This document shows positions 1-11,265 of a DNA stretch of 64,000 nucleotides, in pieces. The stretch lies in assembly GCF_009914755.1 (NCBI RefSeq), contig NC_060946.1. One strand, 5' to 3'. The DNA comes from the human T2T-CHM13v2.0 reference genome, Homo sapiens. The position numbers were made by a program, and so were the translations under genes. Each line of letters opens with the position of its first letter. The first letter of the stretch is position 1. The notes beneath the pieces were generated by a model, which had not been told where the DNA came from, searched no databases, and saw nothing but the letters and a program-made list of their open reading frames with translations.

Positions 1-254
1 TGGGAGGCCAAGGCAGGTGGATCATTTGAGGCCAGGAGTTCAAGACCAGCCTGGCCAACATGGCAAAACCCCATCTCTACTAAAAATAGAAAAATTAGCC
101 GGGCGTGGTGCGCATGCCTGTAGTCCAAGCTACTCAGGAAGCTGAGGATCACTTGAAACCAGGAGGCGGAGGTTGCAGTGAGCCAGGATCGTGCCACTGC
201 ACTCCAGCCTGGAAAACAGAGTGAGACTCTGTCTCAAAATAAACAAAACAAAAC
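1..254 (+). mobile_element. Alu (AluS-like), cut by the window edge
   Basis: Alu consensus arms and A-rich tail. Confidence 0.9.
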
Positions 255-1833
255 ACCAGCAGCCATGAACAGAGTGAGGGAGAGAGCCGGGAAGGGGAGT
301 CCAGGTCCAGAGGGGGCGGGGGCACAGGAGAGGGCAGTGAGGCTGGCGCTTTCAGTCCCTGGGAATCCTAAGGTTGGCACAGAGCGATGGGCAGAGTTTC
401 TTTGGAGCCAAGGGCTGCATTTGACTTGTTTAAGGAGGGGACCTGACAATGGTGAAAACTTCACAGGCAGCCGCGGGAAACAAAGGGACACGCAGCCTGC
501 TGGGGCAGGGGAGGGGTGGCCGGGGACCATCTGCTGCAGAGGAGGGGAGTGGTGGGGCTGCTGCCACCTCTCCCCCCAACAAGGGGACCATAGGGAGGAG
601 AAAGGCTCGCCTTGAGCACAAAACCCGCCTCCCCCAGCCCACCCCCTCAGCCCAGGACAAAGGCCGGCACACGAGTCCCGGCCCCTGCCGCAAGGCCCAC
701 CTGCCACCCGACCGCCCTTAACCAGCCAGGCGGGCGCCCAGCGCTGCAGTTAACCAGCTCAGGCCCGGTCCAGACACTCCTGCCCCGTGCAGATGGGGAA
801 ACTGCGGGCCGAAAGGGGAGGGCCTTGGCTGAGGTCACAGAGAGAAGTGAGCCAAAGGGTGAGAGACGTGGGGTAGCGAGCGAGGGCCTCCCTGTCCTTC
901 CACCTCCTCCTCCATCTCAGCATCCTTCCTTCTTTCAACTTCAAGGACAAGATTTCTAGAGTCTGCCCCTCACCCCTTGGGTCCGGCTGAGTGGATTCAT
1001 CTCCCACTTCGGCCGAACCCTGCTCAATGTTTGCACTGTAAGGCGGGAACATCACGGCCATCACAGCCAATCTCTGGGGCTTACTGTGAGGGTGAAACAA
1101 GCAACTCGCCTGGTCTACAGCCCTGAGCAGTGGCATAGCTGCCAGCACCCCCACTCCCACCCCACTGCCTGATTCACATGTGGGATCGAGCTTGGGACAT
1201 GAAAGGGGTTGTTCTTGCCTGCATTTGCTGGCCTGGTACTGCCAGGCACAGCCGCCCAGGCTGAAGGCCAAGGACCCTCTCCTGTAGCCCAGTGACCCAG
1301 TCCTCACAGGGTTCCCAAGTCTCAGCAGGGGAGAAAAGCACCCAACCAGGAGCAAGGTTCTAGGTCCCACTGGGCTCTGTCCCCTCAGGCCTTCTGCGTG
1401 ACACCACGCCAGCCAGCACTTCCTCTCTCTGGCCTCAGTTTCCTCATCCGGGGCAAGGGCACCACCGCGGTGATGGAGATAAGACAGGAAACGGCCGTGG
1501 GCCACGTGAGGCCACGCTCCCGGGTACACAGACGCATAAACAGGAAGGCCTGCGGGAGGGCCCGCCTTGGCTGCTTCCGCAGGAAGAACCAGGATCTCCC
1601 CAAGATGAGAAGCCGTGTGGGGCCCAGAGAAGAGCTGAGGTGCTGGGGGCCAGCTGGGGAAGAGTTAATCCCAAGTACGAGGGCAGAAATCAGGGCAGGG
1701 TGCCCCTCCCCAGGAGGGCCTGGCCTCTGCCAGCCATCCTCTCCCCCTCCTTTTGGTCTTCCAGGAGGTCTCGACTATCTCCAAAGACTCAGTCACTTCC
1801 TCCCACTGAGCCAGCCGCCAAAGAGGGGACCGA

Positions 1834-1858
1834 TGTGTGTGTGTGTGTGTGTGTGTGT
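1834..1858. repeat. (TG)12 microsatellite
   Basis: Direct reading. Confidence 0.95.
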
Positions 1859-2043
1859 ACCCATTCTCCACCTCCCCCATCAACGGTCCCTAACACCGAC
1901 ATCACTAACTTTGCTTAAGGAAGATACTGGATGCGAGGAAGGAAAGGGCTGGAAGGGACTTGGCTCGCCGGAGCCGCACAGCCATGTGACAGACATGCCT
2001 CTTGTCACACACATCTAGCACACTCCAGCTCCGTGCGTGTGAG

Positions 2044-2069
2044 CACACACACACACACACACACACACA
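2044..2069. repeat. (CA)13 microsatellite
   Basis: Direct reading. Confidence 0.95.
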
Positions 2070-2786
2070 ATCCCACGTGCCAGGCAGGCCTCCCCAACCT
2101 CCGGCCCACCACTGCCTCAGCCGCCACCCTCGTGGCATGCGCTCTCCTTCCCTCCCTCGGAAGCAGTCCGCAGGAAGCCAACACAGGAGGCCAGACATGG
2201 CGGCCTCGGCACACCCGGGGCAGCAGAGACACAGCGGCAGGGGCTATCGGGAAGGCCGAAGGGATGCTTCCCCCAAGAACAGACCCCACCATTCTCCTCC
2301 CGTCCTCCACCCTCAGAGCCCGGGCAGGACAGCACCTAGGGCCTGGGTGGGACAGCCTGGCCTGGGCACGGGTCTGGGTCAGGACCTCTTGGAGGCCTCC
2401 ACCCCAGCTGCCCAACACCCACCATTACCCCTGATGCCAGGCTGGGCCTGGGTGGCTAGGAGCGAAGCCCCCACGGGAGCGGCTAGGAATAGAAGAACCC
2501 CCAGGAGGGACCCGGGAGCCTGGAGCAGGGGCCCAGCCTGGCCCCCAAAAGTGGTGGAGCGGTAGGACCTGGGTGCACCTGGAGTCAGGACCAGTACAGG
2601 GCACGGGCAGGGCCGCAGGCAGCCCCTAAAGCCCGGAAGAAGGAGAGAGGAAGAGGATCCCTGATTAAGCAGGTATTGAGCAGCTTCTCCCATGAGGCAG
2701 TCAGGGACCCCAGCCCAGTAGAAAGGCCTCTGAGAACCCCTTAGGCCAGGGGCCACCCCCAGGGCCCAATGTCACCCACTTGTCAC

Positions 2787-3041
2787 CTGTTCCCTGGTCC
2801 TGGAAACCCACGTGTCAAGCAGCAGCTCCAGGCGCAAGCGGTGGAAAGCCCGGGTCGTCTTCACTGCAATGAAGACATCGTGTAGCTGTAGCTTAGGGGG
2901 CCCCGGGTTCGGCTGGCTCAGCTCGGGGGTCCCTTGTACCCGCTGCGGGGACAGGTTCAAGTGGTACCGCAGACACAGGAGCCCCATGCACAGGAGGGTG
3001 AGGAGGGCTCCAGCCAGGCCCCGCGGGAGCCGGCACTGCAT
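2787..3041 (-). CDS. MFNG: MFNG (Manic Fringe beta-1,3-N-acetylglucosaminyltransferase) coding exon 1, 85 codons; remaining exons lie beyond the window start
   Basis: Translation [24 protein letters not shown]...[31 protein letters not shown] has a type II signal-anchor and the Fringe-family IAVKTT motif. Donor CAG|GTGACA at 2787/2786, phase 0. Confidence 0.97.
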
Positions 3042-3420
3042 TGGTTGGCCCTGGGACCCCAGACAGCTCAGCCCCCAAATCCCAACCAGACAGGGAGGGG
3101 AAGCTGGTCAGGCAGGGGCTCCAGCAGAGGCAAAAGTCTGGCAGGCATCAGGGGCTGGCAAGGAGGGAAGAGGTAGGAGCTGAGGCTCTGGACCCAGAGG
3201 CTGAGCCATGGCAGCACGATCTCGACCGCCGCCAGTCCTCCACCTGCTCCCGCTGTCCGGCCTGCCGCAGCCTCCGGGACCGCCTGGCCCCGCCCCGCTT
3301 AGCCCGAGGGGCGGGGCCAGACGAAGGGAACCCCAGACAGAGGCGGCTGAAAGGAGGCACCAGCAGAAAGGGCAGCCCCGGCTCCGCCAGCTGCTGCGGT
3401 GGGAGGAAGTCACAACAAAC
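3042..3420 (-). promoter_or_regulatory. MFNG: MFNG 5' leader and proximal promoter
   Basis: GC/CpG-rich patch at about 3220-3400 with GC boxes (CCCCGCCCC ~3287, GGGGCGGGGC ~3308) and an E-box/RUNX/ETS cluster at 3388-3410, directly upstream of the ATG. The exact TSS is not visible from sequence. Confidence 0.7.
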
Positions 3421-4788
3421 CCTCCGTGCCCGGTGGAAGGGAGTGTCCTCCAGCACCGTCCACTCCCCCAGAGAGCTGTCAGCTCGGCCCATTCAACACC
3501 CATTACTTTGGTGTCCTGCTTCACCCAGCCCCCAGCTTTTGCTCACAGGTTTCCTCTGGGATGCTCTCCCATATTCCACCAGCCTCACCCACATTCCCTC
3601 CACTAGGCTGAGTTCTATCTGGACTTCAAAGCTTAAGGGTTCCCTCCTCCAGGAAGCCTTCCGTGATAACCTCTTAACCTCTGGGGCTCCCACAGTTGTT
3701 CGCTCAGTTCCTGAGGTCTTCACAACAGCACTGGGACTGTCGTTCCCAGTTTATAGCTGAAGACATAAGGCACAAAGGCACAGAATGAGCAAAAACGATC
3801 CAGCAACTCAGCCACAGAGCTGGCAGAACCCAGGTCTCTGTTCCTCATCTAGTTCACAGGAGGTCCCCTGAGGGCACCTGTCCAGCTGTGCCCCAGCCCA
3901 TACCCGACCTCACTCCGCAGTCTCTGGAGCTGCCTCTCTCCCAGCACCTGACCAGTGGACAGACAGAGGGCCTTCTCCAGCCACCACCTCCATCTTGTTT
4001 CGCACAAGCTCACTCACACCTCCTCCCTCCTCCACTCAGAGCCTGCACTGGCTCCCATTTTCTTCAGAACAAAAGCCAAAACGCACACAGCAGCCCACAA
4101 GGCCCTGCGTGAGCTGGCTCCCAAGTTACTCCCACCCCATCTCCTGCTACTCACCCTGCTCCACTCCAGAACCTGGGACCCTCGCTGGCCCAGGCACCTG
4201 GCCGCCACAGGACCTTGGCACTTGCTGTTCCCACCTGGGCCCCTCCCTAGAGACCTGCACGTCTCACTCCCCCACTCCCTTCTGGTCTTTACACAAAGGT
4301 CACCGTCTCTGTGAGGCCTTCCCTGACCACGTTATTAACATTGCAACCCCTCGCCGCCTCCTTCCCAGCCCCCCAGGCCTGTCCCTCTCAAGCCACTTCA
4401 CTGTTTTCTTCATCACACTTTTCATCTTCCAACATTCTGTATGTTTAACTAAGTTTCTGTCCTCCTCATGAGAATATCAGGGCAGGATTTATTTTTTGAT
4501 CACTGAGTCCCTAATCCCCAGTGCCTAGAACAGTGACCGGCAGACAAGAACTCAATCAATGTTAATTCAACACAACAAAGTACCAGGTGGCTGGCAAAGG
4601 GAAGTGGCCCTGCCGGGCTCAACCCTGCATGAGGACAGCTGGGGGAGAGGAAGGGAAAACCAACCCTTTGAATGACCTTCTCACGGGCCAGCCCCCAGCC
4701 AGGCCCCTTCACAGGCCATATTCTCAGAATGGTGATGATGCCAGCCTTGGTGATGATCCCAGACTCTGTACCCCACAGACCAGGTTTA

Positions 4789-5111
<323 letters not shown>

Positions 5112-7224
5112 TCACTGGCTGTATGACTCTAGGAAAGTTACCTTCATCATTTCTAAAATGGGGACAAAAATATGACTTGGTGACGATTACAGGATGAGTG
5201 GGCTTCTCCACCCCACAGAAAGGATGCTTGACACGGGGAACAGGCAAAGGCAGCCAAGTCACAGGGCCCCTGCCTTTCCCCAGGCCAAGCACTGGGCCAG
5301 GCTCACTGTGGGGCAGGGGGAGGTTCATGTACCCAAATGCACACAGCCCAGTTTCCATGCCCAGGAAGCCACAGACATCGAGAGACAGCCACACAGACAC
5401 CCTCGTCCCACCACAAGGCAGAATATGGCATGGGCCAGGAGAAGTCCCAAGGGCTGGGAGGACCTGGTGGTGGGTTTCATGGAGATACGTAATATCTCAG
5501 CCAGGCTTCAAAGATCAGGAAGATTCAGGCAGGGAGAGCAGCCCAGGCAGGGGCCACATGAGCAGAGGAGCACAGCTAAGGGTAAACTGAAAGGCCACTG
5601 CCACTGCCCGCGGTGGGGAGGATGTGGCTGGGGGGATGGGAGAGTCAACACCTGGGAAGGCCTGGAGTAGAAAGCGGCATTGCCGCTGATTCCCATGCAG
5701 GGAGGCTGCCCTTCCCCCAGGGCACCGCCTTTGCCACTCAGGGTCCAGCTCCCCAGCCCCTACCCCAGTGGTGACAGACTGGCAGGCCTCCAAGTCCAAT
5801 CTGCACCTTGTCAAAGACACCCTGTCGTAGAGAGTGGGAAGACCTTTTCCCAAGCAATGGCTCAGCCCCAGCCACACGTGCTCACCTAGCCGTGGCCAAT
5901 CCGTACCTCCATGCTCACTCCACCATCCGGGCCTCCACTCCACAGGGGAGGGCCCTGGGCCCAGAGAGGCCACCCGAGTTGCCAGGGTCTCCTGGCTGAC
6001 CAGAGCTTTGGGTTTCAACCAAACTACAGTGCCCTGCGCACCCTGCACTCCATCCTGGGAAAGCCTCTCTGGGTTCCCGGGACAGCCTGGGCCCACCGTC
6101 CACCCTGGCCTCATACCCAAGCACCGTCATCCTGCGTGGTCCAGTCTCTGAGACCCTCACCACCTCTCCCCTACACCCACTCCTTGTCTCTTCCCACTAA
6201 AGATGGGGCTGTGGCCCCCTGATCCACACCCCAATCCCCTCTCCCAGCTTCTCCATTCCCTTCTCCACCCACCACCCCAAATCCCCAGCCCTGACCCCTT
6301 CTTAAGCATTTTTCTTGTCAAACATGGAGATCCAGACCCACCCCTGGAGGCCACAGATCCCCTCCTTCCTGTCTGCTCCTCTCTCCTCCACTGCCCCTGC
6401 CCCCCACCCCCTACTCCAATTGGCCTCAGCCCTCTCTAAGTCAACTCCAAACCAGAGCTCCCATAGCCCTGCTCCCACATCCTGAGAGGCTCCCACAGCC
6501 TCCAGGGCACAGCCCAAGCTCCTTTGCGCTCCCAACCCCACCCCTGGACTTGCCCTTCCCAACCTCATTTCCGACCCCATCCAAGGTGGCCAGATCCAAC
6601 CCATGTGCTGCCTCTGAGCTTTCGCCCTTGAGGCTACCCTACCTAGTTAGTACACCCACAACCCCAAGCCCCAGGGACCTGCCCAGCCTCATCACTGTGG
6701 CTGAGGACAGTCACCTGCACTTGGACACGTAGGTCCAATAAGTGGTTCCTGAAGAAAGGAATCCCAACTCCCAAGCTCAAGTGGCACTTCTTCCAGTAAG
6801 GCTGCCTGGATTGCTCCCAGTGGGAGCAACCATCCTCTCTCCAGTAGAGCTGTCTCAGGAACCTGCGTGCATACCAAGGGTTTGCTCTTGAGCTCCTGGG
6901 CTCAGCAGCCAGGCCCCTTCAGTCGGAGGCCACACCCTGCCAGTTTTGGTGCCCTGCTCCAGGGGACACTCCTCTGATGATCAGCTGTGGGCAGGGCTGA
7001 GCGTTGGGGTGGCCCATCTGTGGGGCCCTCCTCTGGTCATTCAGGGGCAGGTAAGGTGACGCCAGCACAGATGGCGGGCGGCTCTGGGAAGAGGCAGGCG
7101 GGAAATCCGACCCTCCTGACAGGCAAGCGGGGACCTGAAAGGTGGTATCCGCCTGAGCTGGGAGACAAATGAGGAGAGTGATGGGGACCCAGGCCAGGGA
7201 TACAAGCAAGCAGAAGGCCACCAG

Positions 7225-8023
7225 CATCTATGACAAAAGTGTTTAATGCTCCATAATGTGCAGCTTCTAAGTGAAAAAGGCCCGTTAATCATCCACGGGC
7301 CGTACATTCTCATGACAGAGCAGCCGCCCTCCTCGGCCCCCCAAGAGGGAGGCACAGGCAGGGAGTGGGCCCTGTGAGGCACGGTCCTGAGTGTGCCCGC
7401 CAGGAACGCACACGTGTTAGTGCCCACATGAAACAGGGGTGGGGCGTGACATTTACACAGGAGAGAACCACAGACACCCATGTGAGGAGACACGAGGGGC
7501 ACAGGTGACCATGGGCCAGGGAACACCCCAGTCCATGCATGGCTGAATCCACGAGGAGCGCGAGCTGGATGGTGGGAGTCACGCGGTAACGGGCTCAGGT
7601 CTCCTAGGAGCAGAACAGGCCCAGGTCCTCAGGAGACCTCGTGCCCAGGGCAGCGGGACAGACCTGAGCCTGCCCATGAGAACTTGAGTGTGCAAACCTG
7701 CGCACAGGTGTGAGAACAGACTCCAGGGCGAGTGTTTAAGGAGAAGACACAGACACACATAAGACCCACTAGTGGGAATGTGGAGACCCCAGGAAAGGTG
7801 GGGAGGCCCAGAGCAGCAAGTAGAGGGGAGTGGGCACTCTGTCCCGGGACTCCCATAGGCTCGGCAGGGCCAGAGACAGCCTTGGGGGTGAGAGGCCAGA
7901 GCCAAGGGCCCTGCATCTGAGAGTCCAAGGGTCTAGGAAGGCTCAGGGTGGGAGGGCCCAGCTTCACCATAGACACCAGGGTCCACGCTGGCTTGGGGAG
8001 AAGGTGCAGGTATCAGATGAGCC
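7225..8023 (-). other. CARD10: CARD10 3' UTR (3' end approximate)
   Basis: Lies between the TGA stop (8024-8026) and the ATTAAA signal. Confidence 0.7.
7242..7247 (-). terminator. CARD10: Probable CARD10 polyadenylation signal (ATTAAA)
   Basis: First poly(A) hexamer I found downstream of the stop codon, about 780 nt after it (+ strand TTTAAT), followed on the minus strand by GU/U-rich sequence. Confidence 0.7.
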
Positions 8024-8258
8024 TCAGGCCTCACTGCTGCTGGGGCAGCCTCTGCTGCTGCCGCACTCCACCCACACGAGGCGGGCCTGCTCCTGCAGGA
8101 TGCGGCCGCGCACCACCTTGGCCAGCTCCTCTGCGTGTCCCCACTCATGGGCGGGCACCTGCACCCAGGAGCAGGGCAGCCCCCAGAGCACCTGCTCTGA
8201 GCCACGGCACTGCCGCAGCAGCTCTGAGTCCCGCCAGCCCGGCCGGCCCAGCAGACCC
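8024..8258 (-). CDS. CARD10: CARD10 coding exon 20 (last; end of GUK-like domain, ...GCPSSSEA*)
   Basis: Acceptor CTCTCGGCAG|G, 235 nt to TGA, phase 2 matches the previous exon. Confidence 0.95.
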
Positions 8259-8299
8259 CTGCCGAGAGAAGAGTGAGCAGCGGTCAAAGTGGGGGACCA

Positions 8300-8870
8300 A
8301 GACAGACAGAGAGACAGGGAGAGAGGGACAGACAAACGGGGAAGAGTCAGAGAGAGAAGATGGACAACCAAAGAGAGACAGATGGCAGATGGAGATGGAG
8401 AGAGAGAGACAGAGAAGGGGAGGGAGAGACAGGGGGAGGGAGGGGGGAGGGAGAGAGAGGGGGAGAAGGAGGGGGGAGGGAGGGAGGAGGGAGGGGGAGG
8501 GGGAAGGGAAAGGGGGAGGGGAGGAGACAGGGAAAGGAAGGGGTGGAGGGGAGAGAGACTGGGGGGGAGGGGGGAGGGAGAGAGGTGGGAGGAAGAGATG
8601 GGGGAGGGAGAGAGAGGGGTTGAGAAGGAGGGGGTAGGGAGAGAGGGGGGCAGAGAAAGAGGAGGGGGGGAGGGAGGAGGGAGAGAGGGGGAGGGAGAGA
8701 GAGGGGTAAGGGAGAAGGAGGGGGGGAGGGAGAGAGAGGGGGGAGGGAGTGGGGAGGGAGAGAAGGGGGAGGGAGAAGGGGGGAGGGAGAAGGGGGAGGG
8801 AGAGAGGGGGAAGGAGAGAGAGGGGGAGGGAGAAAGAGGGGGAGGGAGAGAGAGGGGGGAGGGAGAGAGG
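8300..8870. repeat. GA-rich low-complexity purine tract filling CARD10 intron 19
   Basis: About 570 bp almost exclusively G/A on the + strand. Confidence 0.95.
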
Positions 8871-8934
8871 CATCCTCAAGGAGGAAGCTCTCAGGTCCGA
8901 GTGCCCTGCCCACTGCCCCACCCACCCACCTCAC

Positions 8935-9047
8935 CTGACTTCCCGGACATTCTTCTCAGTCACCTCCACGTGGATGACGATGGGGTAGATCTCGTTCTGC
9001 ACCAGCTCCCGCACACCCCGAGCACCCAGCTCCAGCAGGCAGTGCTT
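8935..9047 (-). CDS. CARD10: CARD10 coding exon 19 (KHCLLELGARGVRELVQNEIYPIVIHVEVTEKNVREVR)
   Basis: Acceptor AAGCAG|AAG, donor AG|GTGAGG, 113 nt. The MAGUK GUK-like motif KHCLL..YPIVI is present. Confidence 0.95.
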
Positions 9048-9614
9048 CTGCTTGGAGGATCGAGGCTACAATGTACTCCTGGGCCACAGACATCAGCCTC
9101 CCATGCGCTGCCCCCAGACGGGTCCCCTATCACCGCCTTCCCAGATGCAAGTCCTGCCTCCCCACCCAGAGGGACCCTGGCAACGAGGAAGGAGCCCAAA
9201 AGTACAGACAAGAGGCCTGGGCTCATGGGGCAACCTGGAGATACAGACCTCCCCCTCAGGACCTAGGCCTCCCCACCCGGAGGATGGAGCTGACCCAAAC
9301 CCACCCACCACCCGCCACCTTATAGCCGACTGCCAGCTCCCAGGATAGTGGCAAGTTCAAGGATAAGGATGTGTAGGTGAGCTGTGTCAGCCAAACACCT
9401 CAAGGGGGGCCCACATGCAGTCAACTGCCCCCACCCACCCAGGCAACAGGTGAGGAAACTGAAGGCCACAGGAGGGAAAGGACTTGGCCAGGGCCGCCCT
9501 GCCAGTGAGCAGCAGAGCATGGCCCGCGCTCAGACGCTGGCGCTCAAGCCCAGAACAGCAGCACCCGCTCTGGGCCACCTCTGTGAGCACCCCAGGCCAG
9601 CCCCCAGCACCCAC

Positions 9615-9730
9615 CTTCCCAACAGACTCCTGGATGGCCCGGATCCTGCTGCCTAGCCCAGGGGTGGCAGGCTGAGCCTTGGGGGCTCCAGGCGCTGAGG
9701 ATGGGCACAGTTCCTCCCCAGAGAGGCTTT
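9615..9730 (-). CDS. CARD10: CARD10 coding exon 18
   Basis: TGTGCAG|AA ... AAG|GTGGGT, 116 nt, encoding ESLSGEELC...IQESVGK. Confidence 0.93.
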
Positions 9731-9823
9731 CTGCACAGGGAGTGGAGAGGGAGAGATGAAGGATCCATGGGCCCGGCTGCCCAGAGGGGCACCCAGCCTC
9801 CCCTCCCCGGCACATAGTCTCAC

Positions 9824-9982
9824 CCGCTGGGCACACTTGGAAGTCCAGCCGGGAGCTGGGCAGGTCTAGCAGGTTACGGATGAGCCGGGGCGCCAGGCAC
9901 TCAGGCAACAGCACCACGGGCCGCAGGGCAGACACCAGTAGCGGCCGCACCAAACTGTAGGGTCTGAGGCTCCGCTCCGGCT
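9824..9982 (-). CDS. CARD10: CARD10 coding exon 17
   Basis: CCACAG|AG ... G|GTGAGA, 159 nt, encoding EPERSLRPYSLVRP...RPVVLLP (start of GUK-like region). Confidence 0.95.
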
Positions 9983-11265
9983 CTGTGGCAGGGGAGGGGC
10001 GCAAAAGAGATAAGGGCACAGGCAGGCAGCATACCAGCTCCTCGATACCCCAAAACCCACCCCGCCACCCATCCCTTCCTAAGTCCTGCTGCTGCTCCTC
10101 CTACACATGCACACACACACACCCTTAGTAGGACCGACGGTGGCAGTAGGCTCCTCCCTGATTCTCCGCCTCATCCCTGCCCCCTATGGGTCATTCTCCA
10201 TCCAGCAGCCAGAGAGGCTTTAAAAAGCAAATCAGATCATGTTAACTCCCCTGCTTTCAACACACCAGTGACTTCCCAGATTCTCAGGAATAAAAGCCAC
10301 ATCCCCCACGTGGGTGACACAGTCCTGCCTGAGAGCCTGGGGAGGCTGCCAGCCACTGACCCCACACCACCAGCCTCCACTCTCCCTTCAGCTGCGTCCA
10401 ACCACAGGGCCTTTGCATGCCCTGGGGCTGCCCAAAGCCCCAGCCCTGCACCACTCAGCCCAGTTAACCCTTGCCCTCCCTTCAGAGCCTAGGTCACACC
10501 TTCCCTGGTCCCCAGACAGCAGGGCCCCTGGCATGTGCCCCACGGCCCCCAGTTCTCCATTGCACACCTCACACTCTCTCATTGTGTTCATAGGTGGGAT
10601 TATCTGACTCTCTACCCCCTAATTAGACAGCAAGCTCCATGAGGGCAGGGACAGTCACGTCCCCAATGCCTGACAGAGCTGGTACTCAATACTCACCTGC
10701 TGTCCCCAACACCCTCCAAGCACACCACACACAGCCATGCCTCTGTGCCTTCTGCCTGGAACGAACTCCTCTTTAACTTTGAAGGCCCCCGCGGAAACTC
10801 CCTCTCTTCCAGGAAGTCTTCCCTAACTACCCGCTCCTCTTGCCCCAGATTTGCTACTCCCTCATCTGAGCTCCCCCAGCCCCTTCTACCTGTCTGGCCT
10901 AAGGCCTCACCCTACTGCCTCCGGGAACCCCCCTGGGTCCTCACAGCACCTGCCACCACACACGTGTGAGAAGCACCACTACACACACTCTGCCAGAAAA
11001 GAACAAGCCAGTATGTGTGCAAACCCACAGTCACAGCCACGTCTGCATGCACCTCCCCGCAGGGTCTCCCTCAACCTTGGCAATCACCATGGCAGGTGGG
11101 GTGGTCTTGTCTCTCAGGCCCCCAGCATGACCCCCACTCCTGTTGGAACCCTCACAACAGGCCCTTCCAGGCCAAAGAGGCCACCCAAGCTAAAGGACAC
11201 TCAGCTGCACACATCCCTGGACAATGGGAGCAACACGGGATACAGCTTTGCCCCCGCGCACTCAC

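Noticed and set aside
178-2756. Overlapping 100-250 aa ORFs in MFNG intron 1
   Set aside because: GC-rich intronic sequence with no Fringe homology and no convincing exon boundaries; MFNG exon 2 is not in this window.
8145-9266. ORFs of 195-325 aa rich in G/E/R or P/S/L
   Set aside because: Translations of the GA low-complexity tract, not independent genes.
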